Shown here in pieces: positions 29,587 through 38,459 of a DNA stretch of 64,000 nt. Every line of letters begins with the position of its first letter. Within the stretch, counting starts at the first letter, position 1. This stretch comes from Myxococcota bacterium (lineage in GTDB: Bacteria > Myxococcota_A > UBA796 > CAJQPC01). A program made the position numbers and the translations under genes. The notes under the pieces were generated by a model, which was not told where the DNA came from, searched no databases, and saw only the letters and a list, made by a program, of their open reading frames with translations. The stretch spans positions 96,001 to 160,000 of the forward strand of contig DASCPX010000016.1 of the NCBI GenBank assembly GCA_036012755.1, written 5' to 3'.

Positions 29587-29817
29587 ATGGGACTCCGAGA
29601 CCTCGCCCGCAGAGTGAAGAACGCAGTGAAGGACCGGGTCCGCGACACGGGCATGCCCTCGAGCCCCCCGGATCCGCGCACGCCCCCCAAGGTGGACCCC
29701 AAGCCTCCGGCCCCGGCAGAGCCGAAGGGCACGGACGGCGGCACGGACGAGCCCTGGTACTTGCAGGGCGACATCGACGCCTACGGCTGGGAGAACACCG
29801 ACGCCGCCGACGATTGA
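29587..29817 (+). CDS. Small hypothetical protein (76 aa)
   Basis: ATG 2 nt after the radical SAM stop; basic N-terminus, Pro-rich linker, acidic Trp/Tyr tail. Confidence 0.65.
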   Translation: MGLRDLARRVKNAVKDRVRDTGMPSSPPDPRTPPKVDPKPPAPAEPKGTDGGTDEPWYLQGDIDAYGWENTDAADD

Positions 29818-29852
29818 GGCTCTCTCTCTCGGTTCGACTTGGAGGTCCCTGA

Positions 29853-30752
29853 GTGGACCGGTTGATCTGGCGACTCGAGGCTCGTCCCTTGGACTTCGAG
29901 AAGATCGTGCGCAAGGACGGCTACCTCGAGCTCTCCGGGCCCCTGGGATGCTGCTCGGTCTTCGTTCCGAGTGGAGCCTTCGACACCGGCATGCCGGTTC
30001 GGCTCCGGGTGCTGGGCTCTCCGCTCAGCACGCTCACGTACACGCTGTCCGACGCTGGCATGTTCCACGGCGTGAAGGCGTGGCTCGGCCCCTCGGACGT
30101 CGAGGTCGGCGAGGCACGCTTCGATGGGAGGTTCGAGCTCCACGGTCCAGACGCCGACGGCCTGGTGGCGTTGTTCGGTCCCGCTGGGCGCGAGGCGGCC
30201 TGTGAGCTGGGCGCCGGTGTAGACCTTCGCGCGGATCACACCCTGCTCGATGCCCGCTGGATCGTGACGGACGCCGGCTACGCGGTGGACCACATCCAGG
30301 CCTTCCTGGCCTTTCGAGCGGCGCTGTCCGTCGAACGCTGGCCCGAACTCCAAAGCCTGGGGTTCGAGCGCGAAGGCCTCGGACAGTGGACCCGCGGCCC
30401 GCTCCAGGTCGCGATCCTAGGACGACCACCTCGACTGGTGCTCGAACTCGCCGGCACCTTCCCCCTCCTCTGCGCGGGCCGTGACGCTCTGCCACCGGCC
30501 GCGGCCTTCGAGACCCACAACCCCGTCGTCGACCAGCTGGTCCGCGTGGGCGGCAATCCCGACACCGTCCGCCCCCTGCTCGCGGACGAGGACTTCCTCG
30601 CGGCGCTGCTCGAGCTGGTTCACGGCCACCCGGGCTCGTCTCTGACTCCAGCCAGGATCCGCCTGGTCGTTCCGGGCGTGCCCGATGAGGCCCCGACTGA
30701 TCTTCTCGAGCGCATCGAAGACTTCGCGCGCCGTCTGCGGGCGGGGTCCTGA
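29853..30752 (+). CDS. Hypothetical protein (NPVxD...LLExVH domain family)
   Basis: GGAGG RBS; shares a motif with 53263..53943 and 56262..57221. Confidence 0.75.
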   Translation: MDRLIWRLEARPLDFEKIVRKDGYLELSGPLGCCSVFVPSGAFDTGMPVRLRVLGSPLSTLTYTLSDAGMFHGVKAWLGPSDVEVGEARFDGRFELHGPDADGLVALFGPAGREAACELGAGVDLRADHTLLDARWIVTDAGYAVDHIQAFLAFRAALSVERWPELQSLGFEREGLGQWTRGPLQVAILGRPPRLVLELAGTFPLLCAGRDALPPAAAFETHNPVVDQLVRVGGNPDTVRPLLADEDFLAALLELVHGHPGSSLTPARIRLVVPGVPDEAPTDLLERIEDFARRLRAGS

Positions 30753-30768
30753 GGAGTACCCTCTCCCC

Positions 30769-32127
30769 ATGTTGCTGGTCCTCCTGAGCTGCACCAGAGA
30801 GGCTGGCGAGCTCCAGCGCTGCAGCATCGACGCCCCTGAGTCGACGACGCTGCGGGTGGACGGCACGGAGCTCATCGACGAGCACGACCGGGTCGTCCAG
30901 CTCCGGGGGGTCAACGCCGGTGGACGCAGCAAGTTCGCGCCCTACGCGCCCTTCGAGTTCGAGGACTACGACGAGGAGCTCGGCCCCTACCTCGACCGGG
31001 CCGCCAGCTGGGGTATCGACGTCTTGCGCGTGCCCTTTTCGTGGGAAGCCGTCGAGCCAGCCCAGGGCGTGATCGACGAGGCCTTCCTGTCCCGCTACGA
31101 CGCCCTGCTCGACGGCGCCTGGGACCGCGGAATGTGGACCATCGTCGACTTCCACCAGGACATCTACGCAGAGGTCTTCTGCGGAGACGGCTTCCCCGCG
31201 TGGACCGTGGACACCGATCGGGAGCCCCACCACGACTGCTCGGACTGGGGCTCGAGCTACTTCCTCGACGACGACGTGCAGGCCGCGTTCACCGACTTCT
31301 GGGCCGACGAAAACGGGACCCAGGAGGCCTACGGCGCGATGTGGGAGGCCATGGCCGCCCGACACGCGGATCGTCCCGGGGTGCTCGGCTACGAGCTGAT
31401 CAACGAGCCCCACGAGGGGGAGGCCTCCGACTGGGACACAGAGGTCCTGCCGGCCTTCTACAGCGAACACGCGGCCCGGCTGCAGGCCATCGACGACGAC
31501 GCCATCGTGTTCTTCGACGTCGGCGGCCTCGACGGCATCTCGGTGAGCACCGACCTGGAGCTGCCCGAGGGGGACAACCTCGTCTTCGCCCCCCACTACT
31601 ACAACCCCCAGGTCTACCTGGGCGGCTCGCTGGAGATCGACGTGCCCGCCGAGATCGCTGGCTGGCACGACCAGGGGGTCGACTGGGACGTGCCGGTGCT
31701 GGTCGGCGAGTTCGGCGTGCAGCCCTCTCGCGAGGGCGCCGCGGAGTACGTGGCCCGGCACTTCCAGGCCTTCGACGAGCTCGACCTGCACGGCACGGTC
31801 TGGGAATACAGCACGGCGGAGGAGCTCTGGAACGAAGAGGACTTCTCCCTGGTCGAGGCCGACGGCACCGAGCGTGAGACCGTCGTGAGCGTGATGCGGC
31901 CCTATGCCAAGGCGCTGGCCGGAGAGCTGGTCGAGCAGTCCTGGTCCGGGGGGACGTTCACGCTTCGATACACCGCGGAGCCAGGCGGCATCAGCGAGAT
32001 CGTGGTGCCGAGCCGACTCGCCGAGGACCCCGCGCTCCAAGGCTCCGGCGCCTGCGCCCGGCGCAGCGGTGACGCGCTCTACCTGAAGGCCGAGGCCGGC
32101 GACGTGGAGCTTCGGATCGAGCTCTGA
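30769..32127 (+). CDS. GH5 glycoside hydrolase, endoglycoceramidase-like lipoprotein
   Basis: LRGVN, DFHQD, GDGFPAW, YELINEP, FAPHYY, VGEFG, RPYAKALAG. Confidence 0.88.
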   Translation: MLLVLLSCTREAGELQRCSIDAPESTTLRVDGTELIDEHDRVVQLRGVNAGGRSKFAPYAPFEFEDYDEELGPYLDRAASWGIDVLRVPFSWEAVEPAQGVIDEAFLSRYDALLDGAWDRGMWTIVDFHQDIYAEVFCGDGFPAWTVDTDREPHHDCSDWGSSYFLDDDVQAAFTDFWADENGTQEAYGAMWEAMAARHADRPGVLGYELINEPHEGEASDWDTEVLPAFYSEHAARLQAIDDDAIVFFDVGGLDGISVSTDLELPEGDNLVFAPHYYNPQVYLGGSLEIDVPAEIAGWHDQGVDWDVPVLVGEFGVQPSREGAAEYVARHFQAFDELDLHGTVWEYSTAEELWNEEDFSLVEADGTERETVVSVMRPYAKALAGELVEQSWSGGTFTLRYTAEPGGISEIVVPSRLAEDPALQGSGACARRSGDALYLKAEAGDVELRIEL

Positions 32128-32155
32128 GACGCGGGGTCCACCGCTGTCCCCCCTC

Positions 32156-32944
32156 TCAGCGGCCGGTCCAGACCGGGTCCCGCTTCTGGAGGAAGGCCAT
32201 CAGCCCCTCGCGGGCGTCCTCGGTCTGCAGGCACTTCATCAGCATCTGCTGCAGGTAGGGCAGGGCCTCCGCGAGCGACTTGTCACCCTGGGCGTGGAAT
32301 GCCTCCAGCCCCAGGCGCATCACGGCGGGCGGCAGCCGGGACAGCTGCGCGGCGACCTCGGCGACCCTCGCGTCGAGCTGATCCGCAGGCACCGCCTCGT
32401 TGATCAGACCGATCTCTGCGGCTGTCTGCGCGCTGATCTTCTCTCCGAGCAGGATCAGCTCCAGCCCCTTCCGGCGCGGCACGTTTCGGAAGATGCTGGC
32501 CATGATCATCATCGGGAACAGCCCGCGCTTGATCTCGGGGGTGCCGAAGCGAGCCGTGTCCTCTGCGATGGCGAAGTGGCATCCGCAGACCAGCCCGAGT
32601 CCGCCCGCCAGTGCATAGCGCTGGATGCGCGCGATCACCGGCTTGTCGATGGCCGCGAAGGCGAGGTTCAGCTCGACGAAGCCTCCGCGCCAGGGCAGGC
32701 TGGATTCGCCTCCGCCGCCACCGGACATCTGGGACAGATCGCCGCCGGAGCAGAAGGCGCCGCCAGCACCGGTCAGCACGACCACGCGCACCTCGGGGTC
32801 GCCGCCCGCGGTCTCCAGCCCGACGATGAGCTCGTTGACCAGTGACGCAGACAGCGCGTTGCGCTTCTTCGGACGGTTCAACGTGAGCGTGCAGACGTGG
32901 TCCTCGACCACATACAGCAGGTCCGTGAAGGGGGGCACGCTCAT
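32156..32944 (-). CDS. Enoyl-CoA hydratase/isomerase family protein
   Basis: LNRPKKRNAL, AFCSGGDL, FGTPEIKRG, EDAREGLMAFLQKR. Confidence 0.93.
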   Translation of the reverse strand: MSVPPFTDLLYVVEDHVCTLTLNRPKKRNALSASLVNELIVGLETAGGDPEVRVVVLTGAGGAFCSGGDLSQMSGGGGGESSLPWRGGFVELNLAFAAIDKPVIARIQRYALAGGLGLVCGCHFAIAEDTARFGTPEIKRGLFPMMIMASIFRNVPRRKGLELILLGEKISAQTAAEIGLINEAVPADQLDARVAEVAAQLSRLPPAVMRLGLEAFHAQGDKSLAEALPYLQQMLMKCLQTEDAREGLMAFLQKRDPVWTGR

Positions 32945-33654
32945 TTGGGCAGCGGCGCGGCTTCGATGAGCTCGCGGATGAGCTTGCGACGGATCGCCAT
33001 CATCAATGGGGTGACGCGCTCGATGCCGCGCTCGGCCAGGGCCAGGAGCTCCTCTGGATCCTGGCCGGTCGCCTGGGTCTGGAGGAAGACGCCGACCTCC
33101 TTGTGGAGCAGCTCTCTCATGGCCTCGAGGTAGATGACGATGTGCTCGGGCTGGAAGCCATGAGCCTCGTCGAAGCCTGCCTCCGTCAGCCGGGCGAGAG
33201 CATCCACGACGGCGACATCCGTGGGTCGGTATCGCCCGCCGTGGGCGCTGATGACGCCGATGTCCTCGAAGCTCCTCAGGGCCTTGGCGTCGAAGCCCGT
33301 GCGCTCCGAGAGCTGCCTCAGGGTGATCGCGTCCCGGCTCGCGTCCGGGTTCAGCGGCGAGGCCTCCGCTCGGGCCGCCTCCAGCTCCAGCTGATCTCGC
33401 AGACGCTGGATGCCCTCGTGGTCCTCTGCCCCCGCCAGGACCGCCTTCACGTCGGCGAGGGGCCGCCGCGTGTGGGCTTGGAGCCCCTTGATCAACAAGA
33501 CCCGGTCGACACAGCTCGGGTCGTAGAGCGCCATGTTCCGCGAGGTCTTCACGGGCTCTGGCAACAGGCCCTCGCGGACGTAGTGGTGGACCGTCGCTCG
33601 GGTCACCCCCGTGCGCTTGACCAGCTCGCCGATCTTGATGCCTTCCGAGTTCAT
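32941..33654 (-). CDS. MerR-family transcriptional regulator (two HTH-like segments)
   Basis: IKIGELVKRTGVTRATVHHYVREGLLP...Y; second segment TLRQLSERTG...GVI. Confidence 0.9.
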   Translation of the reverse strand: MNSEGIKIGELVKRTGVTRATVHHYVREGLLPEPVKTSRNMALYDPSCVDRVLLIKGLQAHTRRPLADVKAVLAGAEDHEGIQRLRDQLELEAARAEASPLNPDASRDAITLRQLSERTGFDAKALRSFEDIGVISAHGGRYRPTDVAVVDALARLTEAGFDEAHGFQPEHIVIYLEAMRELLHKEVGVFLQTQATGQDPEELLALAERGIERVTPLMMAIRRKLIRELIEAAPLPK

Positions 33655-33688
33655 GCTCTGTTCCGGTTGTGCACGGCGCTCCCCGTGC

Positions 33689-33715
33689 AAGGTGTTGGGT
33701 GTCACCCTACACTTT
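33689..33715. promoter_or_regulatory. 27-bp palindromic operator, copy 1
   Basis: AAGGTGTTGGGTG-T-CACCCTACACTTT, between the divergent MerR and FadL-like genes. Confidence 0.8.
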
Positions 33716-33784
33716 TCTGGTTCACGGGGCCGAGTACTCGGCCCTCGGGGCCCTGCAGGCATTGGTATCGCTACACTCGCCGTC

Positions 33785-34987
33785 GTGCTGTGCTTCCTGC
33801 TGTCGCTGCCCGCCTCCGCCTCCGAGCCCTGGGATCTCACAGGCAGCTCGCTGCGGGATCAGGCGATGGCTGGAGCCGGGGCCGCCGGGTCGGTACCGGG
33901 ATCGGCGATCCCCATCGATCCGGCAGGCGTGACCTCGGTCGATGGCGAGCTCCTCCAGGTGAGCTGGCACCGCACCGCACCGGATGTGCGACTCGATCGC
34001 GAGGGTCTGTTGACCGAGTCGATCGACGCGGTGGACCTGTCGATCGCGGCCGGGGCTCCCCTGCGCTCGCTGCGGATTGGCGGAGGCTTCGACCTCTACC
34101 TGCCCCTGCCGATGGCGGTGGACACGGTCGTCCATGTCGACCAGACCAGCGCCCAGGCGCCGATGCTGGAGGACGCCTGGGACTTCATGGCCTTCGACGC
34201 CGCTGGCGGGATCGGCTGGGGACCGGTGGACGTGGCTCTGGGGGCCGCGGTGGGCATGGACCTGCTCGCCGACACCACCGCGGTCGTCGAGGACATCTCC
34301 GGTGGCGAGGCCACCGACGAGGGGCTCGAGCTCCAGGAGGGCATCGACGTCACCCTGGATCGCCAGATCGTCTGGCAGATCGCGCCCATGGTCGGCGCAC
34401 ACCTGCGGCACGACGACCTCGACGCCTACCTGTCCTGGCGTGGGCCGCTGGGAATGCGCAGCTACGGGGACAATGACCTCGAGTTCAACGTCAACTTCTT
34501 CGGCATCACCCTCGACCCGGTCGACCTCGAGCTGGACTACCTCTCCGGCTGGTCGCCGGCCCGGCTCGCCGGCGGTGTGAGCTGGGACTTCGGGCGGGTC
34601 AGGCCGGAGCTGGGCGCTCGCTACATGTGGTCCTCGGCCTGGCGCGACTCGCAGAACCAGGAGCCCGAGACGCCCTTTGTTGACGTCCTGCAGCTGGCTG
34701 GGGGTGTCGAGGGCGATCTGTGGAAGGGCCTGGTGCTGCGAGCTGGCTACGCGCGGCATCCTTCGCCGGTCCCCGATCAGGTCGGAGACTCCCGCATCGC
34801 CGACGCCGACCGCAACCTCTTCGCCGGAGGGCTGGCCTGGAGCAGCGAGGGTCTCCCTCGGGAGGGTGACGCCAGCGAGCTCGCCCTGTCCGTCCAGTAC
34901 CACCGGCTCTCGGAGCGTCCGGTCGCGGACAGCCGCATCTCCGGACGGATCTGGGTCGTCTCCGCCGGCGTGGCCACGGAGTTCTGA
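33785..34987 (+). CDS. FadL/OmpP1-like outer-membrane lipid transporter
   Basis: Signal peptide, QAMAGAG...DPAG N-terminal motif, LRAGY...SPVPDQ, terminal Phe. Start GTG 33785 inferred. Confidence 0.75.
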   Translation: MLCFLLSLPASASEPWDLTGSSLRDQAMAGAGAAGSVPGSAIPIDPAGVTSVDGELLQVSWHRTAPDVRLDREGLLTESIDAVDLSIAAGAPLRSLRIGGGFDLYLPLPMAVDTVVHVDQTSAQAPMLEDAWDFMAFDAAGGIGWGPVDVALGAAVGMDLLADTTAVVEDISGGEATDEGLELQEGIDVTLDRQIVWQIAPMVGAHLRHDDLDAYLSWRGPLGMRSYGDNDLEFNVNFFGITLDPVDLELDYLSGWSPARLAGGVSWDFGRVRPELGARYMWSSAWRDSQNQEPETPFVDVLQLAGGVEGDLWKGLVLRAGYARHPSPVPDQVGDSRIADADRNLFAGGLAWSSEGLPREGDASELALSVQYHRLSERPVADSRISGRIWVVSAGVATEF

Positions 34988-36081
34988 TGCTCTGGATCTC
35001 GACCGCTGCGGCTGGAGTCCTCGCCACCTACGGCGGCGCCGCGGTGCCGGGGAACGCCGGGGTGGCAGCGCCCAGCACCCTCTCATCCTGGTCCAACCCC
35101 GCTGCGATGCGCTCCGAGAAGGCGGGAGGTTCCGCCGAGTACCTGCTGGGCCGGTCCAGCTTCACGCTGGACGGGCAGGAGCTGTCGCCCTCCTACGACA
35201 CCGACGGGCTGCTCATCGGGGTGGTGGTCAACGGCTACTGGCTGCGGCTGCCGAGGACCCACGCGGGCCTGTCCGTCTTCATGCCCCGCAAGGGGCCCTT
35301 CAGTTGGTACGAGGTGCCCCCCGAAGACGAGACCGCCCCGGCCACGCCCCACGTGCCGCGCTTCGAGTCGGAGCTCGACCGCCTGGACATCGCCGGCGCG
35401 GTGAGCGCGGACCTGGTGCGAGAGCGCCTCGCTGTCGGCCTCGGCTTCGACGTCTCGGCAGAGGTCGAGACCTACACCTTCGTCGAGGTCGAGGACGCCG
35501 ATGTGCCCGAGGAAGCCGGAAAGGGCCAGGCGGTGACGATCTCCCCGACCTTCCACCCCTACCTCGGGCTGTGGGGCTCGGTGGGGCCGCTGCAGCTGGG
35601 CCTGGTCGGGCGGACCGAGCGCAAGATGCACGACTTCGGCGCCACCTATGTCGACGTGCAGGGGCTGGAGGTGCTCTACAGGCACGACTTCATTCGGCAC
35701 TACGCGCCGCCGTCGGTCACCCTCGGCGGAGCGGTCTCCATCGGCGATGGGCTGTCGGTGCGGGCAGAGGGCTCCTGGGAGCGCTGGTCCGGAGCGGTCG
35801 ACCCATACGGTGAGCCGCTCGGCTGGGCTGACACGGTCACGGGCCGGGCCGGGCTCGAGTGGACGAGGCAGCGGCTCTGGGCCTCTGGCGGCTACGGCTT
35901 CGATCCGGGCAACGCTCCCAGTGGCCTGATGCTCGACGGGAGCTCCCATGCGGCCACGCTCGGTGCGGGCTGGCGGTTCGACCGGGTCTCGGTCCAAGCG
36001 GGACTGCGGGGGCGTGTGTTCCCTGACGACGGGGGCTTCTCCGGACGCTTCCTCGCAGGTTCGCTGGGCATCGGCTGGTGA
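34987..36081 (+). CDS. Second FadL/OmpP1-like outer-membrane beta-barrel
   Basis: GNAGVA...WSNPAAM, amphipathic strands, terminal Trp; TGATG overlap with the upstream gene. Confidence 0.7.
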   Translation: MLWISTAAAGVLATYGGAAVPGNAGVAAPSTLSSWSNPAAMRSEKAGGSAEYLLGRSSFTLDGQELSPSYDTDGLLIGVVVNGYWLRLPRTHAGLSVFMPRKGPFSWYEVPPEDETAPATPHVPRFESELDRLDIAGAVSADLVRERLAVGLGFDVSAEVETYTFVEVEDADVPEEAGKGQAVTISPTFHPYLGLWGSVGPLQLGLVGRTERKMHDFGATYVDVQGLEVLYRHDFIRHYAPPSVTLGGAVSIGDGLSVRAEGSWERWSGAVDPYGEPLGWADTVTGRAGLEWTRQRLWASGGYGFDPGNAPSGLMLDGSSHAATLGAGWRFDRVSVQAGLRGRVFPDDGGFSGRFLAGSLGIGW

Positions 36082-36102
36082 GGGGTTGAGGGCCGGGCAC
36101 CA

Positions 36103-36129
36103 AAAGTATAAGGTGCCACCTGATACTTC
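36103..36129. promoter_or_regulatory. 27-bp palindromic operator, copy 2
   Basis: AAAGTATAAGGTG-C-CACCTGATACTTC. Confidence 0.85.
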
Positions 36130-36143
36130 ATACGGAGCGCAGC

Positions 36144-37340
36144 ATGGCCCTCGACTTCGAGCTGAGCGAAGAGCACCTCGCCGTCCAGGAGGCGATGCGG
36201 AACTGCCTCGAGCCTTTCTCCGGCCGGCGCGAGGAGCTCACCCGGATGGTCCTGAAGGAGAAGCGCTTCCCGGAGGAGCTGTGGCAGGCGATCTGCGCCA
36301 CGGGGCTCCTGGGGACGGTGATCCCAGAGGAGTACGGCGGCAACGGCATGGGCCTGCTCTCCATGGTGCTCGGCGTCGAGGAGCTGGCCAGGCACGGCTT
36401 CGGGAACGCCCTGTTGATACTCACGGCGATGGACGCCTGCTGCATCCTCCGGGGCGGCAGCGAGGAGATGAAGCGACGCTACCTGCCGAAGATGGCCACC
36501 GGCGAGCTGAAGTTCGGCTTCGCGATCACCGAGCCCAACGCTGGCTCGAACGCCTTCCGGCTCGAGACCCTGGCTCGCCAGGAGGGCGATGAGTACGTCA
36601 TCAACGGGGAGAAGGTCTTCATCACCGGGGCGGACGTAGCCGACCGCATCCTGCTGATCTGCCGCACGACCTCGCGCAAGCGCATCGACGAGCTCGGCAT
36701 GCCAAAGGCCTTCGGGCTGGCGCTCTTCGTCATCGATCCGAAGGCCCCTGGCATCACCCTGTCGCCGATCCCCACTCGCGGTATCGAGGGCATGACCCAG
36801 TTCACGGTCCACATGGAGGACGTGCGGGTGCCGGCGAGCGAGCTGGTCGGGGACAAGGACATGGGCGGCATGGTGATGTTCAACTCGCTGAACCCGGAGC
36901 GCATCCTCGCCGCGGCAGCGGCCTGCGGCATCACCAGCAAGTGCATCGACCAGGCGGTGAGCTACGCCAAGGAGCGCAAGGTCTTCAAGGACCGACCCAT
37001 CGGCGCCTACCAGGCGATGAGTCACCCCCTGGCGAAATCGCGCATCGACCTCGACGCTGTCCGCCTGCTCACCTACCGGGCGGCCTGGGCCTTCGACCAG
37101 GACATGCACCCCGGGCGGGTCGGGACATACGCCAACATGGCCAAGTACGCGGCCTCCGAGATGGCGATCGCCGCGGTCGACCGAGCCATACAGGTCCACG
37201 GCGGCTACGGCTTCTCCGAGGAGTACGGGCTCATCTACTACTACGAGACGGTGCGCCTGTTGAGGACGGCGCCGATCACCTCTGAGCTGATCCTCAACTT
37301 CATCGCCGAGCACGAGCTGGGCTTGCCGCGGAGCTATTGA
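36144..37340 (+). CDS. Acyl-CoA dehydrogenase
   Basis: IPEEYGG, FAITEPNAGS, NGEKVFIT, AIQVHGGYGF. Confidence 0.95.
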   Translation: MALDFELSEEHLAVQEAMRNCLEPFSGRREELTRMVLKEKRFPEELWQAICATGLLGTVIPEEYGGNGMGLLSMVLGVEELARHGFGNALLILTAMDACCILRGGSEEMKRRYLPKMATGELKFGFAITEPNAGSNAFRLETLARQEGDEYVINGEKVFITGADVADRILLICRTTSRKRIDELGMPKAFGLALFVIDPKAPGITLSPIPTRGIEGMTQFTVHMEDVRVPASELVGDKDMGGMVMFNSLNPERILAAAAACGITSKCIDQAVSYAKERKVFKDRPIGAYQAMSHPLAKSRIDLDAVRLLTYRAAWAFDQDMHPGRVGTYANMAKYAASEMAIAAVDRAIQVHGGYGFSEEYGLIYYYETVRLLRTAPITSELILNFIAEHELGLPRSY

Positions 37341-38407
37341 TCCGCGGCCTGCGGCGCGCTCCCAGGCGGCAGCCAGCGCATCTGTCGGTACCAGTCGACG
37401 GTCGGGCCGAAGGCAGCGCCCAGGTCCGGGTAGCGGTAGCGGAAGCCCAGCGCCTTGAGGCGGCTGTTGTCGTAGCTGTGGTCCTGGATGATGTAGTCGA
37501 TCCAGTCGACGTCGAGCCTCGGTGAGAGCGCCGGGACCAGGTCGAGCTCCCGCACGATCTTCCCCCAGACGCCGACGAGCTTGGGGTTCAGGCGATCGAG
37601 GTACCAGCGCGCCATCGGCTTGATGAGCCCGAAGAGGCTCGCGACGAACCAGGGCAGGCCCCAGTCCAGCACCCTCACCCCCACCGCCCCGCAGATCAGG
37701 CGCATGAGCTCGCCGGTCTGGATCGGGTTGTCGTCGGCGACGTTGAAGGCCCCGGTCCCGGCGGGGTTCTCTACCAGGAACAGGGCCGCGCAGGCGACGT
37801 CCTCGACGTGGACGTGGTGACCGACAGGGCCTCCAGCCGCAAAGGGCAGGGCCTGTCGTCCCAGGTGGCTGCGCAGGGCGAACATCGCCAGGGCCGGCGC
37901 GAACCCGTAGCGCCCCCCCGGGCCGTAGATGAGGGTGGGTCGGATCGCGGCCCAGCTCAGGCCCGCTGTCTCGCAGATCTCGCGGGTGGCCTCCTCGCCC
38001 TCCCACTTCGAGCGGTCGTAGGCGTGGGCGGGTCTCTTGTCGCCTCCCTCGGGAACCTGCGCGGTGCCGCGGCCATAGACCGAGGTCGAGCTGACCATGA
38101 CAAAGCGCTCCACGCCCTCTTCGGCGGCGCATCTCGCCACGGTCGCGGCCCCCTCGACGTTCACCGCGCGCAGGGCCTGCTCGCTGCAGGAGAGGTCGAA
38201 GATGCCCGCGGCGTGCACCACGACCACGACCCCTTCCATCGCTGTACGCACGGTCTCCGGCCGCGTCACGTCGAGCTCGACGGCTTCGGCAGCGCCCTGG
38301 GTCGAAGGCGGGACGAGGTCGGCGGCCCGCACCCTGTGACCCGCCTCCACGAAGACACGAGTGAGCGTGGTACCCAGGAAGCCGCCCGCGCCGGTGATCA
38401 GGATCAT
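37334..38407 (-). CDS. Extended SDR, NAD-dependent epimerase/dehydratase (3-beta-HSD-like)
   Basis: ILITGAGGFLG, VNVEG, SSTSVYG, YDRSK, RPTLIYGPG. Confidence 0.9.
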   Translation of the reverse strand: MILITGAGGFLGTTLTRVFVEAGHRVRAADLVPPSTQGAAEAVELDVTRPETVRTAMEGVVVVVHAAGIFDLSCSEQALRAVNVEGAATVARCAAEEGVERFVMVSSTSVYGRGTAQVPEGGDKRPAHAYDRSKWEGEEATREICETAGLSWAAIRPTLIYGPGGRYGFAPALAMFALRSHLGRQALPFAAGGPVGHHVHVEDVACAALFLVENPAGTGAFNVADDNPIQTGELMRLICGAVGVRVLDWGLPWFVASLFGLIKPMARWYLDRLNPKLVGVWGKIVRELDLVPALSPRLDVDWIDYIIQDHSYDNSRLKALGFRYRYPDLGAAFGPTVDWYRQMRWLPPGSAPQAADQ

Positions 38408-38417
38408 TGTGCGTCTA

Positions 38418-38444
38418 AAAGTATTAGGTGTCACGTAACACTTC
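38418..38444. promoter_or_regulatory. 27-bp palindromic operator, copy 3
   Basis: AAAGTATTAGGTG-T-CACGTAACACTTC, between divergent genes. Confidence 0.85.
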
Positions 38445-38459
38445 AAGTGCGGAGTCCCC

